A stretch of 63,907 bases of DNA, counting the filler, from Diploschistes diacapsis (taxonomy: Eukaryota), in the NCBI GenBank assembly GCA_023645945.1. It is 21 parts of 21 records of this genome, joined end to end, with 100 filler letters (N's around TTAATTAATTAA, not from the genome) between each part and the next. Parts side by side here need not be neighbours in the genome. Positions count along the whole stretch, not along the records: positions 33,968 to 35,160 come from JALAIB010003653.1; positions 35,261 to 36,452 come from JALAIB010003654.1; positions 36,553 to 37,744 come from JALAIB010003655.1; positions 37,845 to 39,036 come from JALAIB010003656.1; positions 39,137 to 40,327 come from JALAIB010003657.1; positions 40,428 to 41,618 come from JALAIB010003658.1; positions 41,719 to 42,909 come from JALAIB010003659.1; positions 43,010 to 62,616 come from JALAIB010000366.1; 13 more parts are not named here. One strand, written 5' to 3'. Made by a program: the position numbers and the translations under genes. Below the pieces are notes generated by a model. It made no database searches, had not been told where the DNA came from, and was given only the letters and a program-made list of their open reading frames with translations. This document shows positions 34,267-48,059 of this stretch, in pieces (within the stretch, counting starts at the first letter, position 1; each line of letters opens with the position of its first letter).

Positions 34267-34479
34267 CTATCCGATTACTCTTTATTCTAGACTTGGCATC
34301 GTGGACGCTATTTAGTTGTTACGATAATTGTTGAAAGTGGTGGAAGTCCTAATAGATAACTGATGACTAAGATGAATTCAGCAGCTAGTCCTAACTAAGA
34401 AATAATCCCTAGCCTGCCTAGCCTGGTAGCTGACTATTATTCAGTAATAATATATTGAAGAGGTTAAAGATTATAACTA

Positions 34480-34604
34480 ACGTGTTTGACGGGGATTCCG
34501 GCCACTTTTGCCAAGAAATAGTTTAAATCTTCAATAATTCTTCGAAATTAATCGTTATTTTATTTTTTTTCAGAATATTACTTTTTAATCACTTATCTAA
34601 CATA
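34480..34604 (+). mobile_element. Left end of the long-TIR pogo-like family, interrupted at TA by the next element
   Basis: TA then ACGTGTTTGACGGGGATTCCGGCCACTTTTGCCAAGAAATA; matches 63739-63880. Confidence 0.8.
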
Positions 34605-35160
34605 ACGTGTTTGACGGTGAGTCCGGCCACCCCCAGAATCCGGCCACCTCAAATCACTATTTTCATCTTATATTCGATTTTTCTTAACAATAACTACCTC
34701 GCATCGCAATAATTCGATTTTAATAAAATTTAATATTAACGACTGTTTATAGGTCCTAAAATTACAATAATATATCAACATTCGAGAAACTACCCGCGCA
34801 TTTAAAGTATCTCGATCGATCATTATAGATCGACTTAATGGAGCTTAATCATGCTCTAATAATTACGAAACGACTTAAATCCTTTCAAATTTAAAAGAAA
34901 AAATATTAATACGATACATTATACGTTTTATATAAATTAGCTTTTTTATATCGTCTGCGTTAATAATAGATATAATCGAAAAGATTTAACGCGAACGCAT
35001 TCGATTCGGTTCGAATTTAAAAATCATAATCGCGAATCTTTAATTTATCGATAAATATTAAATATCGCGATTTCGTAAACGATTTTTTAAAATTATTAAT
35101 ATCTAAATAAAATAAACCGAGTTTAATAAATTTAATATAATAGATTAGGAGGCTATATAA
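34605..35160 (+). mobile_element. 5' part of an autonomous-type pogo/Fot1 element (TIR plus RIP-degraded HTH-psq/CENP-B region)
   Basis: TIR ACGTGTTTGACGG, then IRETTRAFKVSRSIIIDRLNG...ILSNLKEKILIRYIIRL. A reverse copy lies at 41719-41953. Confidence 0.85.
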
Positions 35161-36552
35161 NNNNNNNNNNNNNNNNNNNNNNNNNNNNNNNNNNNNNNNN
35201 NNNNTTAATTAATTAANNNNNNNNNNNNNNNNNNNNNNNNNNNNNNNNNNNNNNNNNNNNTCCTAATATTAAATACTAAAAAACATTTTTTCGTAATATC
35301 GTTCGAAAGCAACGTCGGTAACGAGCCTCTTATATAGGATGTATGTTTTTATTTAAAGTCTTTTAAGTTCGTAACTGATATCTTTATACTCATTAAAATA
35401 ATGTCATCGGGATAATTTCAGTTGTTCAGAATAAATATTTTACGTTAAAAGTCTTCCGGTCTTGATATAACGCAATTATTAATACGAAATACGTAATACT
35501 ACATCTCTATTTAAATTTTTGTTTAAAGGTCCTCGAGTATTTGGTTTTGTTTCGGATATGAGATTATATGTTCACGTATATAAAATAATTGTTTCATGAT
35601 TTTTTCGTATTTCTATATGTTTGTATTAAAATATTTTTGTTTTTCGATATAAGTTTATTTAATATTTCAATCGATCATGCATTCAATATTTTTTATAATA
35701 TATTCGTCGGTGTCACCTTCTTAGGCTTTTGTGTCCCATTCCATAGAAACCTTTTCTTGTGTTACTTATTTCAGAATAAATTCTTTACAAAATATATGCT
35801 ACGTTGACATGTTGATCAGTCGAAGTTAAGGCGTTTTTAATAAGAATTTTAATTTCAGATCGGTAATCTCGTTCGAATTAACTTAACCGCGATTTCTAAA
35901 ATGTGTTTTCTTCTAATATGGAAGCGGTACGTCCAATCCTTATTTTCTAATTTGAAATGAACCAGAATTTCCATTTAATCGTATCGAGATTCATAAAGTC
36001 GTTATACGCTTTTTTTATAATTCATATATTTTGACCGTAATTAGTACGATTATAGGGTTTCAATTCTATAATCTTTTATCGCTCGCAGCGTTTTTTAATA
36101 GATCTGCTTCGGAACTTATCTACGTATAATTATTATAAGCTTTTAACATGGTTTTACTACCATATTAATCCGATGCTAGATATTTTTTTAACCACATTAA
36201 ATCTTAACTTAAATAACTTTTCAATATTTTTTAGTTTACCGAGTTATTTCATGTCCTGGTTGTTATGCCAATATTTAACTATAATAAACTTTATTTGAAT
36301 AGAATAAACAGGACTATATATTAGATCTTTGATTTTATCATTAAAGGAATAATAAGATCATATAATAGAATAAATTATTCAATAAATCAAGATTATCCCC
36401 GAAGGAAACACAAAAAAAGGATATTAATACTTATTAATTTATTATTAAGAGTNNNNNNNNNNNNNNNNNNNNNNNNNNNNNNNNNNNNNNNNNNNNTTAA
36501 TTAATTAANNNNNNNNNNNNNNNNNNNNNNNNNNNNNNNNNNNNNNNNNNNN

Positions 36553-37461
36553 CTCTTCCGCAGCTAAAATAATATTTTATATTTAATTTATACGATTCTG
36601 TTCTTTTTATACGATCAAAATATTTTCTTATAATATAAAAGTAACTGGATTCGATCGTTTTCGTTTTTGCTTTTAATTCACAACGCGTAAAGCGACGTTT
36701 AAGTTAATAAGAAAGAAGAATCCAGCCGTACGAGCTTATTAATTCAATCATTATAACCTATCCTCGATTATCAGATTATTTAAATTTCGGACGACCTTTT
36801 CTTTCAGCTGCTTTAATAACTTTTATCGTAATAATTATATCGATAACAAATCCCGTCCTATTGAAGTTATAGATATCTTCCTTTACGATATCTTATTTCT
36901 TAATTATTTATCGTACGAGCTCAAATTAAATCTATATAAGCTTAAAGTTTTCGCATTAAGCACGTTAATAATTGTATTTTCAAAAATAACGTGTTCTTAT
37001 TAAATTATTACGTCGTAAGAAATTAAAAATCTAATTTTTATTAACGGTAGATAAAATTAAGGACGCGTCTCGATCGATTAATATTATATTAATTATATCT
37101 TTTATTATAAAAGGACGGGGGGGTGTTTTACGTTTATTTATAGTTATAATTTATTAAAGAAGCGTATATTCTTTCGTTTTTATTAATTTGCGTTTCGTAC
37201 GATTCCATACGCGTTATTCTCGAGATCTTTAAAGTTTATCACGTAAAATAAATCGAGAAACATCGTACACCTATATAATCTTCCGTATAGAAGTAATTTG
37301 ACCAGTTTTTATTGCCTTAATAATTAATAATAGCCCTTCTTCTTATTAAGTATCAATTAGCATAATGGTGGTTAAGATATATAAAATTGTAGATTAAAAA
37401 CATGTAAAAGAGGAGGAGGTAGGCGGATGACTTGTATGGGCGGATGACTTATGAAAGACGT
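36553..37461 (-). mobile_element. 5' part of a second pogo/Fot1 family (TIR plus degraded transposase)
   Basis: Terminus GGCGGATGACTTGTATGGGCGGATGACTTATGAAAGACGT then TA; minus strand reads DIYNFNRTGFVIG at ~36840-36880. Confidence 0.85.
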
Positions 37462-37912
37462 TATATTATTGATTTATCGTTAACACGTTAGGATTGATCG
37501 AGTTATAAAAAGAATTAGCGTTGCTTAATTATTATATTATTTAGCCTGCGAGATCGCGGTAGTTTGACTTCTCTTCTTCACAGTAATTTTAGCTAATGAA
37601 GATACATTCTCACGCGGGCTTTGCTGCTTTGCATTTGTGATTATTATCGCTCGTTACATCTTGCCACAATGTCGTGATTCTATCCTTAACACCATATAAA
37701 AAGGTTAATTTATCTAAAACACGTAATTTATGGTATTGTTATATNNNNNNNNNNNNNNNNNNNNNNNNNNNNNNNNNNNNNNNNNNNNTTAATTAATTAA
37801 NNNNNNNNNNNNNNNNNNNNNNNNNNNNNNNNNNNNNNNNNNNNGGTAGTTTCATTAAATAGGTTTAATAATATTCGTAATACCTTTATATTTATATTCC
37901 GATGGATTATAA

Positions 37913-38319
37913 TAGGCTGGCCGTTCCGTGCCACTGACACTGACACTGACACCGCAGCAAAAATTCTCTCGACACTGACACTGACACTGACACTACACTA
38001 CAGTGAAAGCACGGACACGGACACTACAACTAAAAAATCTAAAATATTGACACTAATACTAACACTATATTACAGTGAAAGCACGGATACGGATATCGCA
38101 ATTAAAAAATCTATTATATTAATATTAACACTAATATTATATTTCCGTAAATCCACTAACATTAATATTAATACTATAATGAATTCACCGGAACACCGCA
38201 GTGAAATTTTTTTTTAAAAACAAAAACGTGAAAAATAGACGTGATAATTCTAGAATTATTAAAAAAAAAAGTGTTTCGATAAATGCACGGACACGGACAT
38301 TACATTTCCGTGAATCTAT
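37913..38319 (-). mobile_element. Partial MITE family A interrupted by an LTR retrotransposon
   Basis: Starts TAGGCTGGCCGTTCCGTGCCAC; (ACACTG)n run. Confidence 0.88.
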
Positions 38320-39036
38320 TGTAAACATAAAAGTAGGCGGCAGACTTGGTGGGGGTAGTCCCCACAGGGCAGCTCCATTTAAGGAGGCCTGCTAGGTAGC
38401 TCTAGACAATCAATACATCCTACATCTCACAAAAGTCCTACCTAGGTATGTTATTCCCTATCAGATCACCCTACAGCTCTCTACAATACCACCTACGATT
38501 ACCTACCTACTATAGCAAAAGAAGTCTCCCTAGACAACGCGCCTTATGTTTATAATGAAGGCCAACCTAAGGACTTGTCTAAGGACCCTTCCATATCTTA
38601 CGAAAGGTAAGGAGAAGGTTACGATCTAAAAACTCTAAATATAACAAAAAGATATTATTTACAAAAATATAGAAAGAGAAAGGAAAAGAATATTTAAATA
38701 TCCCTAAATAACCTGCCAGCATTAAAAAGATAATAAAACAAAATTTAGTTAAGATATATTTAAAAGGTTAAGCTGCGAATAAATGGAATGTTAAGAAAGA
38801 ATTGGAAATTAAAGATTATCGATATTAGAAACAATAAATATTATTAACTCGAATTACTCGGTACCGGATAGAAATTAAGTAAATTAATTAAAATTACGCG
38901 AATACGAATACGAAAAAAAAGGATCGAATAAGAATAAACAAATTAAACAGGATTATACGAATACGAACGTTAAAGAAAAAGTATCGAATACGAGATTAAA
39001 TACGAGTTTTAAAAAAAAACAACAATAAACAAATAA
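38320..39036 (+). mobile_element. LTR (38320-38554) followed by RIP-degraded internal sequence
   Basis: Inverted termini TGTAAACATAA ... TTATGTTTATA, then A-rich degenerate coding-like sequence. Confidence 0.7.
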
Positions 39037-39206
39037 NNNNNNNNNNNNNNNNNNNNNNNNNNNNNNNNNNNNNNNNNNNNTTAATTAATTAANNNNNNNN
39101 NNNNNNNNNNNNNNNNNNNNNNNNNNNNNNNNNNNNCCTCTGCCCCTGGAAGGCTGTCGAAGGCGGTGACGAGAGAAGGAAGCTGACAGGTGTGCTGCTG
39201 CGGCAG

Positions 39207-39564
39207 GAAATTCTTCCCTCCGCTCGACGAGGATCCACCGTCGTCTGCCGCCCAGAGCGAAGAGTCCAACAGGCTGGCCAAGTCCATGCCCGACGCACCG
39301 GCCACCGAGCCTGGGGCGGCGGACCAGCCAAGCTCGAAGAAACAGAAACTCGCTCCGGCGGACGACGACGACGACGGGTGGGAGGCTATCGAGAAGCCGG
39401 CAAGCTCGGCCGACGACGGAAACGAAGAAGAACTGGATGCAGAACCTGGCATCTCCGATTCGGAGATTGTTGATGGGGAAAAGAAAGAGCACATGACGGC
39501 TGCTCTCCACACGGCGGAGATGGGAGGGAATCCACCGACGAACATGCTGCAGAGGGACTGGTAG
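39207..39564 (+). CDS. Last exon of an unidentified gene with an acidic, disordered C-terminus
   Basis: Branch site GCTGAC and CAG acceptor at 39204-39206; GC3-rich frame KFFPPLDEDP...SKKQKL..DDDGWEAIEK...NMLQRDW*. Confidence 0.7.
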
Positions 39565-39894
39565 GCTCGTGCCAACGTCTCCCCCTTCCTCCGGCCTACT
39601 ACTAATACGATTTCACATCAAGGCGCGGGCGTCTGTAGGCGTTGGTAGACAGGAGGATATCCCATGTTTCACGAGTCACGGCCGACCTGGTGGGTGGGCC
39701 ATCTTTGCGAGCTTGCTCTACATGCTTGAACGCGGCTGCTAGAAGACCAGATGGGGGTTTGTGCTACTAGCAGGACGCCGATGACTTGCATGGAGAAGCA
39801 GAAAATGAGCCATTTCCTATACCACGTTCGTTCGTTCGTTCGTTCATGCGTGCAGGTTCGCTCTCGACAACAGCAATCGGACCGTGAGCACACC

Positions 39895-40327
39895 TTATGA
39901 TTCCACGTCCTTGCCGAGCTCCCTCTTCACCATCCCGCAGAAACTCTCGAACAGCACGCTGTCCATCCCCACGAGCCACCTCACCCCAACCTCCACCACC
40001 CCCTTCTCTCCCTCTGCATCGTTGACCGTGATCTTGAACCCCAGCGCCGGCTCCTTCTTCTCTCCATCCTCCTCATCATCATCGTCGTCGCCGTCGCCGT
40101 CGCCGTCGCCATTGCCGTCAACATCCATCCTCTCCCCTTTCTCCCTCCGCTCCTTCTCCCTCTTCCTCCTCGCCGCCCTACTCCACACATTCCCCGCCGC
40201 GAAACCCACCCCGATTCCAGTGTCCTTTTTCCACCGCCACCTCACATCCAACCGCCTCATCAGCGCATCCACCTTCTCCCCTACCTCCGCCTTCCCCCTT
40301 TGTTTCCTCTCTCGCTTCCGCCTCCCC
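39895..40327 (-). CDS. C-terminus of a METTL16-like RNA m6A methyltransferase (DUF890 family), 5'-truncated
   Basis: GNVWSRAARRK, ALGFKITV and VRWLVGMDSVLFESFCGMVKR are typical of fungal METTL16 C-termini. Confidence 0.85.
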
Positions 40328-40458
40328 NNNNNNNNNNNNNNNNNNNNNNNNNNNNNNNNNNNNNNNNNNNNTTAATTAATTAANNNNNNNNNNNNNNNNN
40401 NNNNNNNNNNNNNNNNNNNNNNNNNNNATTTTTAATAATTAAAACTAATCCTAAGAAG

Positions 40459-40852
40459 TAGGCTAACCGTCACGGACACTGACACGGCCGTGGCAGTATC
40501 CGTATTTTAAAATTTTTAGCCGTAATGTCCGTATTAATAGATTTACTACAGTGCAGTATCCGTGTTAATATCAATATTTTAAATTTTTTAATTATAGTGT
40601 CCGTGTCCGTGCTTTTACTATAATATAATATCCGTGTCAATGTCCGTGCCGAGAAAATTTTAATTACGATATCTATATCCGTGTTTTTATTATAATATAA
40701 TATCCGTGTTAATGTTCGTGTCGAGAAATTTTTTGCTGCAATATCTGTGTCCGTGCTTTTATTATAATATAATGTCCGTGTTAATGTCCGTGCCGAGAAA
40801 ATTTTTGCTGCGGTATCTATGTCAGTATCCGTGGCACGAAACGGCCAGCCTA
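40459..40852 (+). mobile_element. 394-bp MITE family A copy with both TIRs and no recognisable TSD
   Basis: TAGGCTAACCGT (RIP form) ... ACGGCCAGCCTA; the 8-bp flanks CTAAGAAG and ATTTTATA differ. Confidence 0.88.
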
Positions 40853-40999
40853 ATTTTATAAATGAAGATTCGAATAATCGATTAATTTTCCATTTGCGGG
40901 ATCGTTGTACGTGTTAAGATCTCTTTTTAGGTTTACATTTTGATTGCGGTAACTTCTTTTTCGTAAACGATAGGAAAGTTTTTCGAATTTTAAACGTTA

Positions 41000-41618
41000 A
41001 CGTGTTTAACGGTCAGCTCGGCCAGCCCTAAAGCTCGGCCACTTCAAATCACTACCGCCAATATTCTACGGTTTTTATATACAATCTATACGTCGTAATT
41101 AAGATCTAATCGATCTAAATCGAATCTATCTTCTTCTTCTTTATCTTTCTCGATTACTAAAAACGCGACGACGTTTTTTACGCGTTATAAATCGTTTCGA
41201 AACTGTCCGACTTAATTTAATTTAAATTATTATTTTAAGAATTTCGTTTATATTAAACATAAAACGATCTTTTAATTCGATTCGTTTACTTAATTTACGT
41301 TTTTTATTTTTAATTTTCTTTACGAAACTTTATAAGCTCAATATACGTCGAGTTAAACATACGAATTATTCGACTCGAATAACGTCGAACCGGGCTAATT
41401 AGTTTTAAAACGGCTCGTAACGTTTAATTAAACTCTTTATTAATCTTTCGTAGTTCGGTCGCATTTGGTAAAAAGCTATATAATAAGGATAAATCCAAAT
41501 CGAATTAATTCGAGGTTAAAAGAAGGCTGTAAAATGAAGATAAAAAGGTTCGATAAATCGAAATTTTTTTATTAAACACGGTTATAGGATTAATAAATTA
41601 TAATTTAATATTTATAAA
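41000..41618 (+). mobile_element. pogo-like element left end plus degraded internal sequence
   Basis: TA then ACGTGTTTAACGGTCAGCTCGGCCAGCCCTAAAGCTCGGCCAC. Confidence 0.75.
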
Positions 41619-41718
41619 NNNNNNNNNNNNNNNNNNNNNNNNNNNNNNNNNNNNNNNNNNNNTTAATTAATTAANNNNNNNNNNNNNNNNNNNNNNNNNN
41701 NNNNNNNNNNNNNNNNNN

Positions 41719-41953
41719 ATTAAATCGATCTATAATAATCGATCGAGATATTTTAAATACGCGGGTAGTTTCTCGAATATTAATATATTATTATAATTTT
41801 AAGGTCTGTAAATAGTCGTTAATATTAAATTTTATTAAAATCGAATTATTATTATGCGAGGTAGTTATTGTTGAGAAAGACCGAATGTAAGATGAAAATA
41901 ATGTTTTGAGGTGGCCGGAATCTGGCGGTGGCCGGAATCCCTGTGAAACACGT
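41719..41953 (-). mobile_element. pogo/Fot1 5' end (copy of the 34605 family)
   Basis: Reverse complement of ~34605-34840; ends GTGAAACACGT then TA. Confidence 0.88.
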
Positions 41954-43009
41954 TATAAAAAGATTTTAAACTTTATGATAAAATACTGAATAACAATTAT
42001 TAAACGCTCGAGCGTTACAAAATGTAAGGCCAAGCATGGAGGACGCCAAGGATGCCAAGAGTCGTAAAAGCGGCGCTCAGGGTCTTGGCTGGCTGGTACA
42101 TGAAGGGGGGATCTTATTTTTTTACTCTCTTTACTTCTCTAGTAGTTAGTCCTGTCAGGAGTCTATCCTGCGTATAACCATCTTGATATATTATCGTATG
42201 TTTTTTATAGTCTTAATTACCTTACTATTCTTAAAAACGATGATCCGATAAGATAACACGTTTTCGCTACGTATACGCGTAATCATATCGCAATAATCAT
42301 TTTGTAACAGATGCCTGTGACAGTCCGCAGCATAAGCGAGAGACATCCACCCTAGTGCCGCGCCAAGGCTGCAGGCCCACATAAGAGGAGTTTTCGGGAA
42401 AAGTTTCCTACTTTCTTTTTTAGAAATTAGTTTATGAATATTATGAATATTATGATTATAGTATTATATATTATTTTTTATAGTTCTAATCTCGCCTTCT
42501 TCAGTGGAGCAGTGGTTTGGTAGCATGGCGAGAAGAAAGCGAAAGGCCACGATTGTATCTCGAGATACTAAAAAACCGTGTATAAGGCGATAAATTTTAG
42601 AAAGATTAGTAATCGCAGATTTAACGGATATCGTTGTTTTATCTCGACGGGAATTATTAATATATGACGAGATATTAACGGAATCTGTACGGTCAGTAGC
42701 CATAGATGCTTCGCGAAGAAAAAAGTTGTGACGAACTGGACACGTCGTTGATGTATTATTGACACGAGATCATCAGTATATTTGAACTCGCCAATAATAT
42801 AACAGTATTAACTTATTATCAGTAAATAATTAATACGTGATTAACTCCTCGTTAACACATCGAATTAATCGAGTTAATAAAAACTATTAACGTTCTTTAA
42901 CCATTATATNNNNNNNNNNNNNNNNNNNNNNNNNNNNNNNNNNNNNNNNNNNNTTAATTAATTAANNNNNNNNNNNNNNNNNNNNNNNNNNNNNNNNNNN
43001 NNNNNNNNN

Positions 43010-45329
43010 GCCCTGAACCCCTCCACTTTCTTCCTCTTCCACCCCTCCCTGACCGCAATATTCTCCAACGCATGCTCCCCATCCAACAAGCCCAGACACG
43101 CATCCCACGCCTCCGCGCTCTCTCTCCCCTCCGCCCTCTCGATCTCATCCGCAATCATCTCCAGGTACCGCGACTCCAGCCCAGACGCCTTGTTCGGGTG
43201 CACAACCAGCTTTGGCCGGAACGCCTTGAGCGCCGCCGCGGAGCTGATCAGCGACTCGCCTGCCCCGGTGGTTCCGCCGAGACCGCCCACACCGGTTCCA
43301 CCGGCGCCCCCGAGGACTGCGGGAGGGGGATGCAGGCCGCCGCTGCCGAGCGGGATGGCGGTGCGTACGCTGGAGCGCGAGCGCGAGGACGCGGTCGAGG
43401 AGGGGGCCAGCGAGTGGATGGAGGAGTGCATGGGCGGCAGGTGGCCTAAGGAGGAGGAGGAGGAGGAGGACATGTCGTCGGGCGCGAGCTCGGGGTCGTC
43501 GGTTTCGCTGCTCACCGCAGGATTCAAATCCTTCTCTTTCTCTTTCTCATTCTCCGTTCCCTTGCCTTTGCCCCTCTCGCGCTCCTTCTTCTCTCTCTCC
43601 ACCTCCGTCGCCACAGCGGCTTGGATTCTCTCCGACACCCGCACCCACCCGAACGTGCACAACTGCGCCACCCACCCGCCGCGCATCAACCACGCGAGGA
43701 TGCCCATGTATGCCGGCTTATGGTCTTTGTTCGGGATGATGGCCCTGTATGGCCTGTTACCGCTGGCCAAGCTGCCCAGGATCTTGGGCAGGGTCGGCAG
43801 GGCGGGGAAGAGCTTGCCAAACTGGGCGGTTGCGGAGCGCAGCTTGCGCAGGTCAGCGTTGGGCGAGACGATGTAGACGTCGCGCTGGTGCAGCGGCGGG
43901 ATGGCGCGGGCGCGGCGCCAGTAGATGAGGTGCGAGGCTAAGAAGTAGATGTCCTCAAGCGGGATGCCGGAGGATTGGGAGATTTGGAGAAAGGACTTTG
44001 TGGGCGAGGTGCAGCGGAGGTAGTGTGCTAGGGGCACGGCGAGGGGGGATGCAGAGGAGAGGTCGGCGAGGATGCTGGGGAGGTCGGAAAGGAGGAGGAG
44101 GGCGAAGTGCGAGGCGAGACGGGTGCGGGTGGCGCTCAGGTCCTGGTCATCGTGGGAGAGGAGGGTGGTCGAGGTAGTGAGCCAGACGCCTGGGAGCTGT
44201 GGGGAGGTGGCGTCGGGCAGGTAGGAGATGGAGGTCGGGATAGGGATTTGGAGGGAGAAGGAGAGGGACGGGGAAAGGTCGATGTGGGCGATGCGAGAGG
44301 TAGATATGGACGTGTATAGGGTTGCGATTGCTTTAGCCAGTGGGGAAGCGGAGAGGATTTCGTGGGAGGAAGGATCTAGAGGATCAAGGTTGGTGACTAT
44401 TTCAAAGGGGGTGGTAATGACTATAACGTACCGTGTCTGGCTTTCATAGATTTGAGCTTTTCGCATTCACGGAGGACGTAGTTTGATCGGGCCTGTTCCC
44501 ATTTCAGGGCTCGAGAGAACTTCTTCACCACGTGTCTGTACATCTCATCTACTCGTAGGTGATGTTCTAATGCTGGCGGATTCATTACGAATATCACATG
44601 GAACATGCTCAGGCCGTGGCCGACCGAAGGACTCGCAGCCCCTTTTCGCTCGGCACCAGTAGCAGCCTCTAGCTTGTTGGTGTGTCCCTGCGTGACGACA
44701 TTGAGTTCGGTTTCTGAAGTATCATCAACAGTTTCATGACCGGTCGTCTCACCCAATTCCTCATCGATTTCTACGGATGTCTTCTTTCCCAGTATGTCCT
44801 TGGGCTTCTGCTCGCTGATAGTCGACATCCTTCGTCGTTGGTCCCGTATGGACTTCGATCTCCTCTTCCAGTCCCCATTTTCCCGAGCAAAGCAGGGCCA
44901 GCCTAAGAACGTAAGCTCGTCGATTGCGATTTCGAACCTCTTCTTGTGGTAGGTCACGGGAGGGCATAGGAAAGTCTCGAAGCCCAATGGAAGCCCCAGA
45001 AGTTCTTTGGGGTTTCTTTCAGCATCTTCCCAGGTATCTTTCTTGTCTGGCGATGCAGATCCAGACTCGTCGAGATTTTCATCATCTCCGTTATCTGTCG
45101 TCCGGTCATTGGCAGCTTGCCAGTTGGCATTATCCTCCACAGAACTATACGATGCTTCGCTATCAGAAGATTCTTCCTCGGACGAATGTTCGTAGTCTAG
45201 TTTCACATGAGGTTTGTCCTGGCCAGGGTTTGACGGGAAATGGTATATATGCTTGACTCCTTGCCTTGTCTTGATGATTAGAATGATGGCGACTAAGCTC
45301 GGATTTGGTGGAAGTAGCTGCGTGGGCAT
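43010..45329 (-). CDS. NPR3: Nitrogen permease regulator 3 (SEACIT/GATOR1 subunit), 3'-truncated by the contig end
   Basis: PPNPSLVAIILIIKTR, YHKKRFEIAIDELTFLGWP, MFHVIFVMNPP, KKFSRALKWEQAR, LASHLIYWRRARAIPPLHQRDVYIVSPN, ILAWLMRGGWVAQL; one GT-AG intron near 44377-44431. Confidence 0.95.
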
Positions 45330-48059
45330 ATTGGGACTATGTTCTAAATGCTTGACGGAGAGGCTTTTAGCTAATGCTCTTTCATCCTAAAACCCGGCAT
45401 CGCAATGGAACTCCTCCTTGTGAAACTTGTCCATGTTTGCACTTGAAGAGGGTTCATGATACAAGCATGTGGCTCGAGTTAAGGCGATTGACTACCCAGA
45501 TTTCACATCAAGTCCGAGTTATAAGATACTTACACAAAGTATTTCAACCTCCCTAAGCCAAGCCAAGCCATCTATGAGCGCCTCCCACTTATTCATTGCG
45601 CAAGTCATATCCAGTATATGTTCGGAACTTTCGTTATCTTATGAAAGGAGACATACTTTCAAGCATGAGGGTAATCTTGTATTTCTCATGCATGTCTATG
45701 GTATGCCAGCCATATTACGAACCATTCCTGGAGTGACTTCAAAGCTACCAGCTTACATCTGTGACCGGTTCCAATAGGCTAAACAAAAACCAGGAAGCTG
45801 GAAGTCTTCCAAGTCTTCTATTCCTTCTTATAGTCTTCAATGTAGTCTCGTTCAGCGCAAGGGCCTACCTAGGAAGAGCCATGCATCGCCCCCCCCGAAT
45901 CTCTCCCTGCGGATCTCACAGGTACCTGCTATGAAGTGACCTTATCCTTCGTGTCATCCGGCGTCTCAGCTCTGTTACTGTTGTCTTTGAAGCCTAGATT
46001 CTTCATTTCATCCGGTGCCATCAGGTTGCTGGTTACTTTGACGTTAGCAGCTCGTCTAGATTCATTTTTGCCAAAGAGAATACTGGATTACTTACTGCTC
46101 CATTCGACATTGCAGATAGCCCTTTGCAAGCATCCTACATTCCGGAGCATTGGTTCCGTGTGCACGGCGAACGCAGCGAAGATACTCTGCAACTAGAGGC
46201 TTGCACTCCCCTGGCAAACGTCAGATCAACAAGTCTATGAGAAGGAGAAACAACAAGTCATGAAGGCGGGATATGAAGGAATATTAGAGCACCATCCTAC
46301 CATCATGGTCAAGTGGAAAGGAACCCCTCTCTGGGCTTCAACATAGAATAGTCAGTTGCACATATCCTTGGACAGGAATTCCTTCAGCAGCAGTACCAAT
46401 GTGTGAAACTCACGGTTTGGGCCTTGAAGCAGGCTGCCGGAGGCCAGGGCCGCCGAAGCTCATCCCTTCAAGTTGCTGTTATTGAGAAGTTTTACGTTCA
46501 TTCACGGTATTGTATAAGGGTTGTGTGTAGCATCATTCATGTATCTAGTCGGAACAATTTCCAACCGTAAGATCAACCAGGTACAATTACGCTTTACAGC
46601 CTGTTGGCTGCACCCGATCACTAGCGTGTGAAAAGTCTTTTTCCTGGGAGCTCAGCAAAAAAGCTTTGATGCGCTAACTGTAGGGTAGAACTGAAGGTTA
46701 TAGTTTTATGTTAGAGCGGCGAATAACGCTGTAGAGTATTCTAGTAGACTGCAACCGACCTATATTTCACGATCGGTAATCGAACCGGAGCATGCGCGAC
46801 GTTGAGCACGTCAGTATGCATACGAGCATATGACAACGAGGCTGCGAGGACACTTCGACATATCCCGGCGCTTGGAAAGACTTTGACAGTAAAGCTGCTG
46901 TGGTAAGGCTATGACCACAAGGCAACATCGTCCTTGGTGAAGCAAGAAAGAAATATATGAGCTTTGGATTACACATATGGGCCAGAAAAACTATTTCCGC
47001 TCCGCCAAAGCCTCCGCCAAAGCCTCCGCCAAAGCCTCCTCCAGGTCGATTACAGAGGTCTCGTCTTCTCCCAACGTCACGTTAGCGAGCATGATATAAT
47101 CCGGGTGCTCCCGAAGGCTCATGCGAGTAGCAGTCGATCTTCCTGACATGCTGGTTCCAAAGTACATACTCTACTCTACGATGATGATGCATCGTCTATT
47201 TCTAAAACAGCTTTCATTCAATTCTCGTTTTGCAATGAGGTGTGCCGTTGTCGTTTCACAATGTATGGTATCCCGCACGGCTGCGCCTCGTAAGCTCTCA
47301 CACCTGAAAAGCCATGGATAGTGCTCCTGACATTCCATAACTGCACCGGAGATGATCGCTCTCAGCTCCTTCCATAACTTGCTTACCTGCGCTGAGAAGA
47401 GTTTTGGTTATGCAAATATACGCAGCTTGCAACATTGTGCTTACAAAGGTGTCATCAGAACTAAAAACTGCAAAGCCTTGATTGGCCTGTAGCTTCTCGA
47501 GGTTGTACAATTTTGAACGGTAATGCAGCAATGTTCATACTAGCCTTTGCCCCTTTGCCCCTTTCTCAAATCTCATATTATTATACTATGCCAGACCATG
47601 CGGTTGTTTGCGGGGGATTACTGCGCTGCGGTCGCTGTAAAAAGAAGTCTGGGACCTTTGGTCTGATTATTCTGAGGCACAATCCAGAACTCTGGGTACA
47701 TATAACCAGTCACGCCGTCGTACCTTTTTGCGCAATACCGTTCTAGGAAATCTCAAGCTTCCATTTCCGTCGGACGTCGCTGCAGCCTCCAGGTCACAGC
47801 ATAGCATCGTATCCCGCACAGTTCGAAGCCTTTCTTCTGCAACCTTGTTTTCCCCTCGAATACGGACTCAGCTTTCACATAGCGCAAGCCTCAATTCGCA
47901 TGGGATCCCTTACCTCCAGCACATCCACATACATACTACATTCCCCGCCCCCCGGGCCTTGACTTACGGATTAACTCTTCTACTCCCTACCTTTATAAGT
48001 TTTCGGATCATCGTTTGTTGCCGCGAATCACCCAGACGGATCTCGCCATCGACAACACA

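Noticed and set aside
47001..47042. (CCGCCAAAGCCT)x3 and a 16-bp duplication near 24895-24928
   Set aside because: Short local slippage duplications with no further structure.
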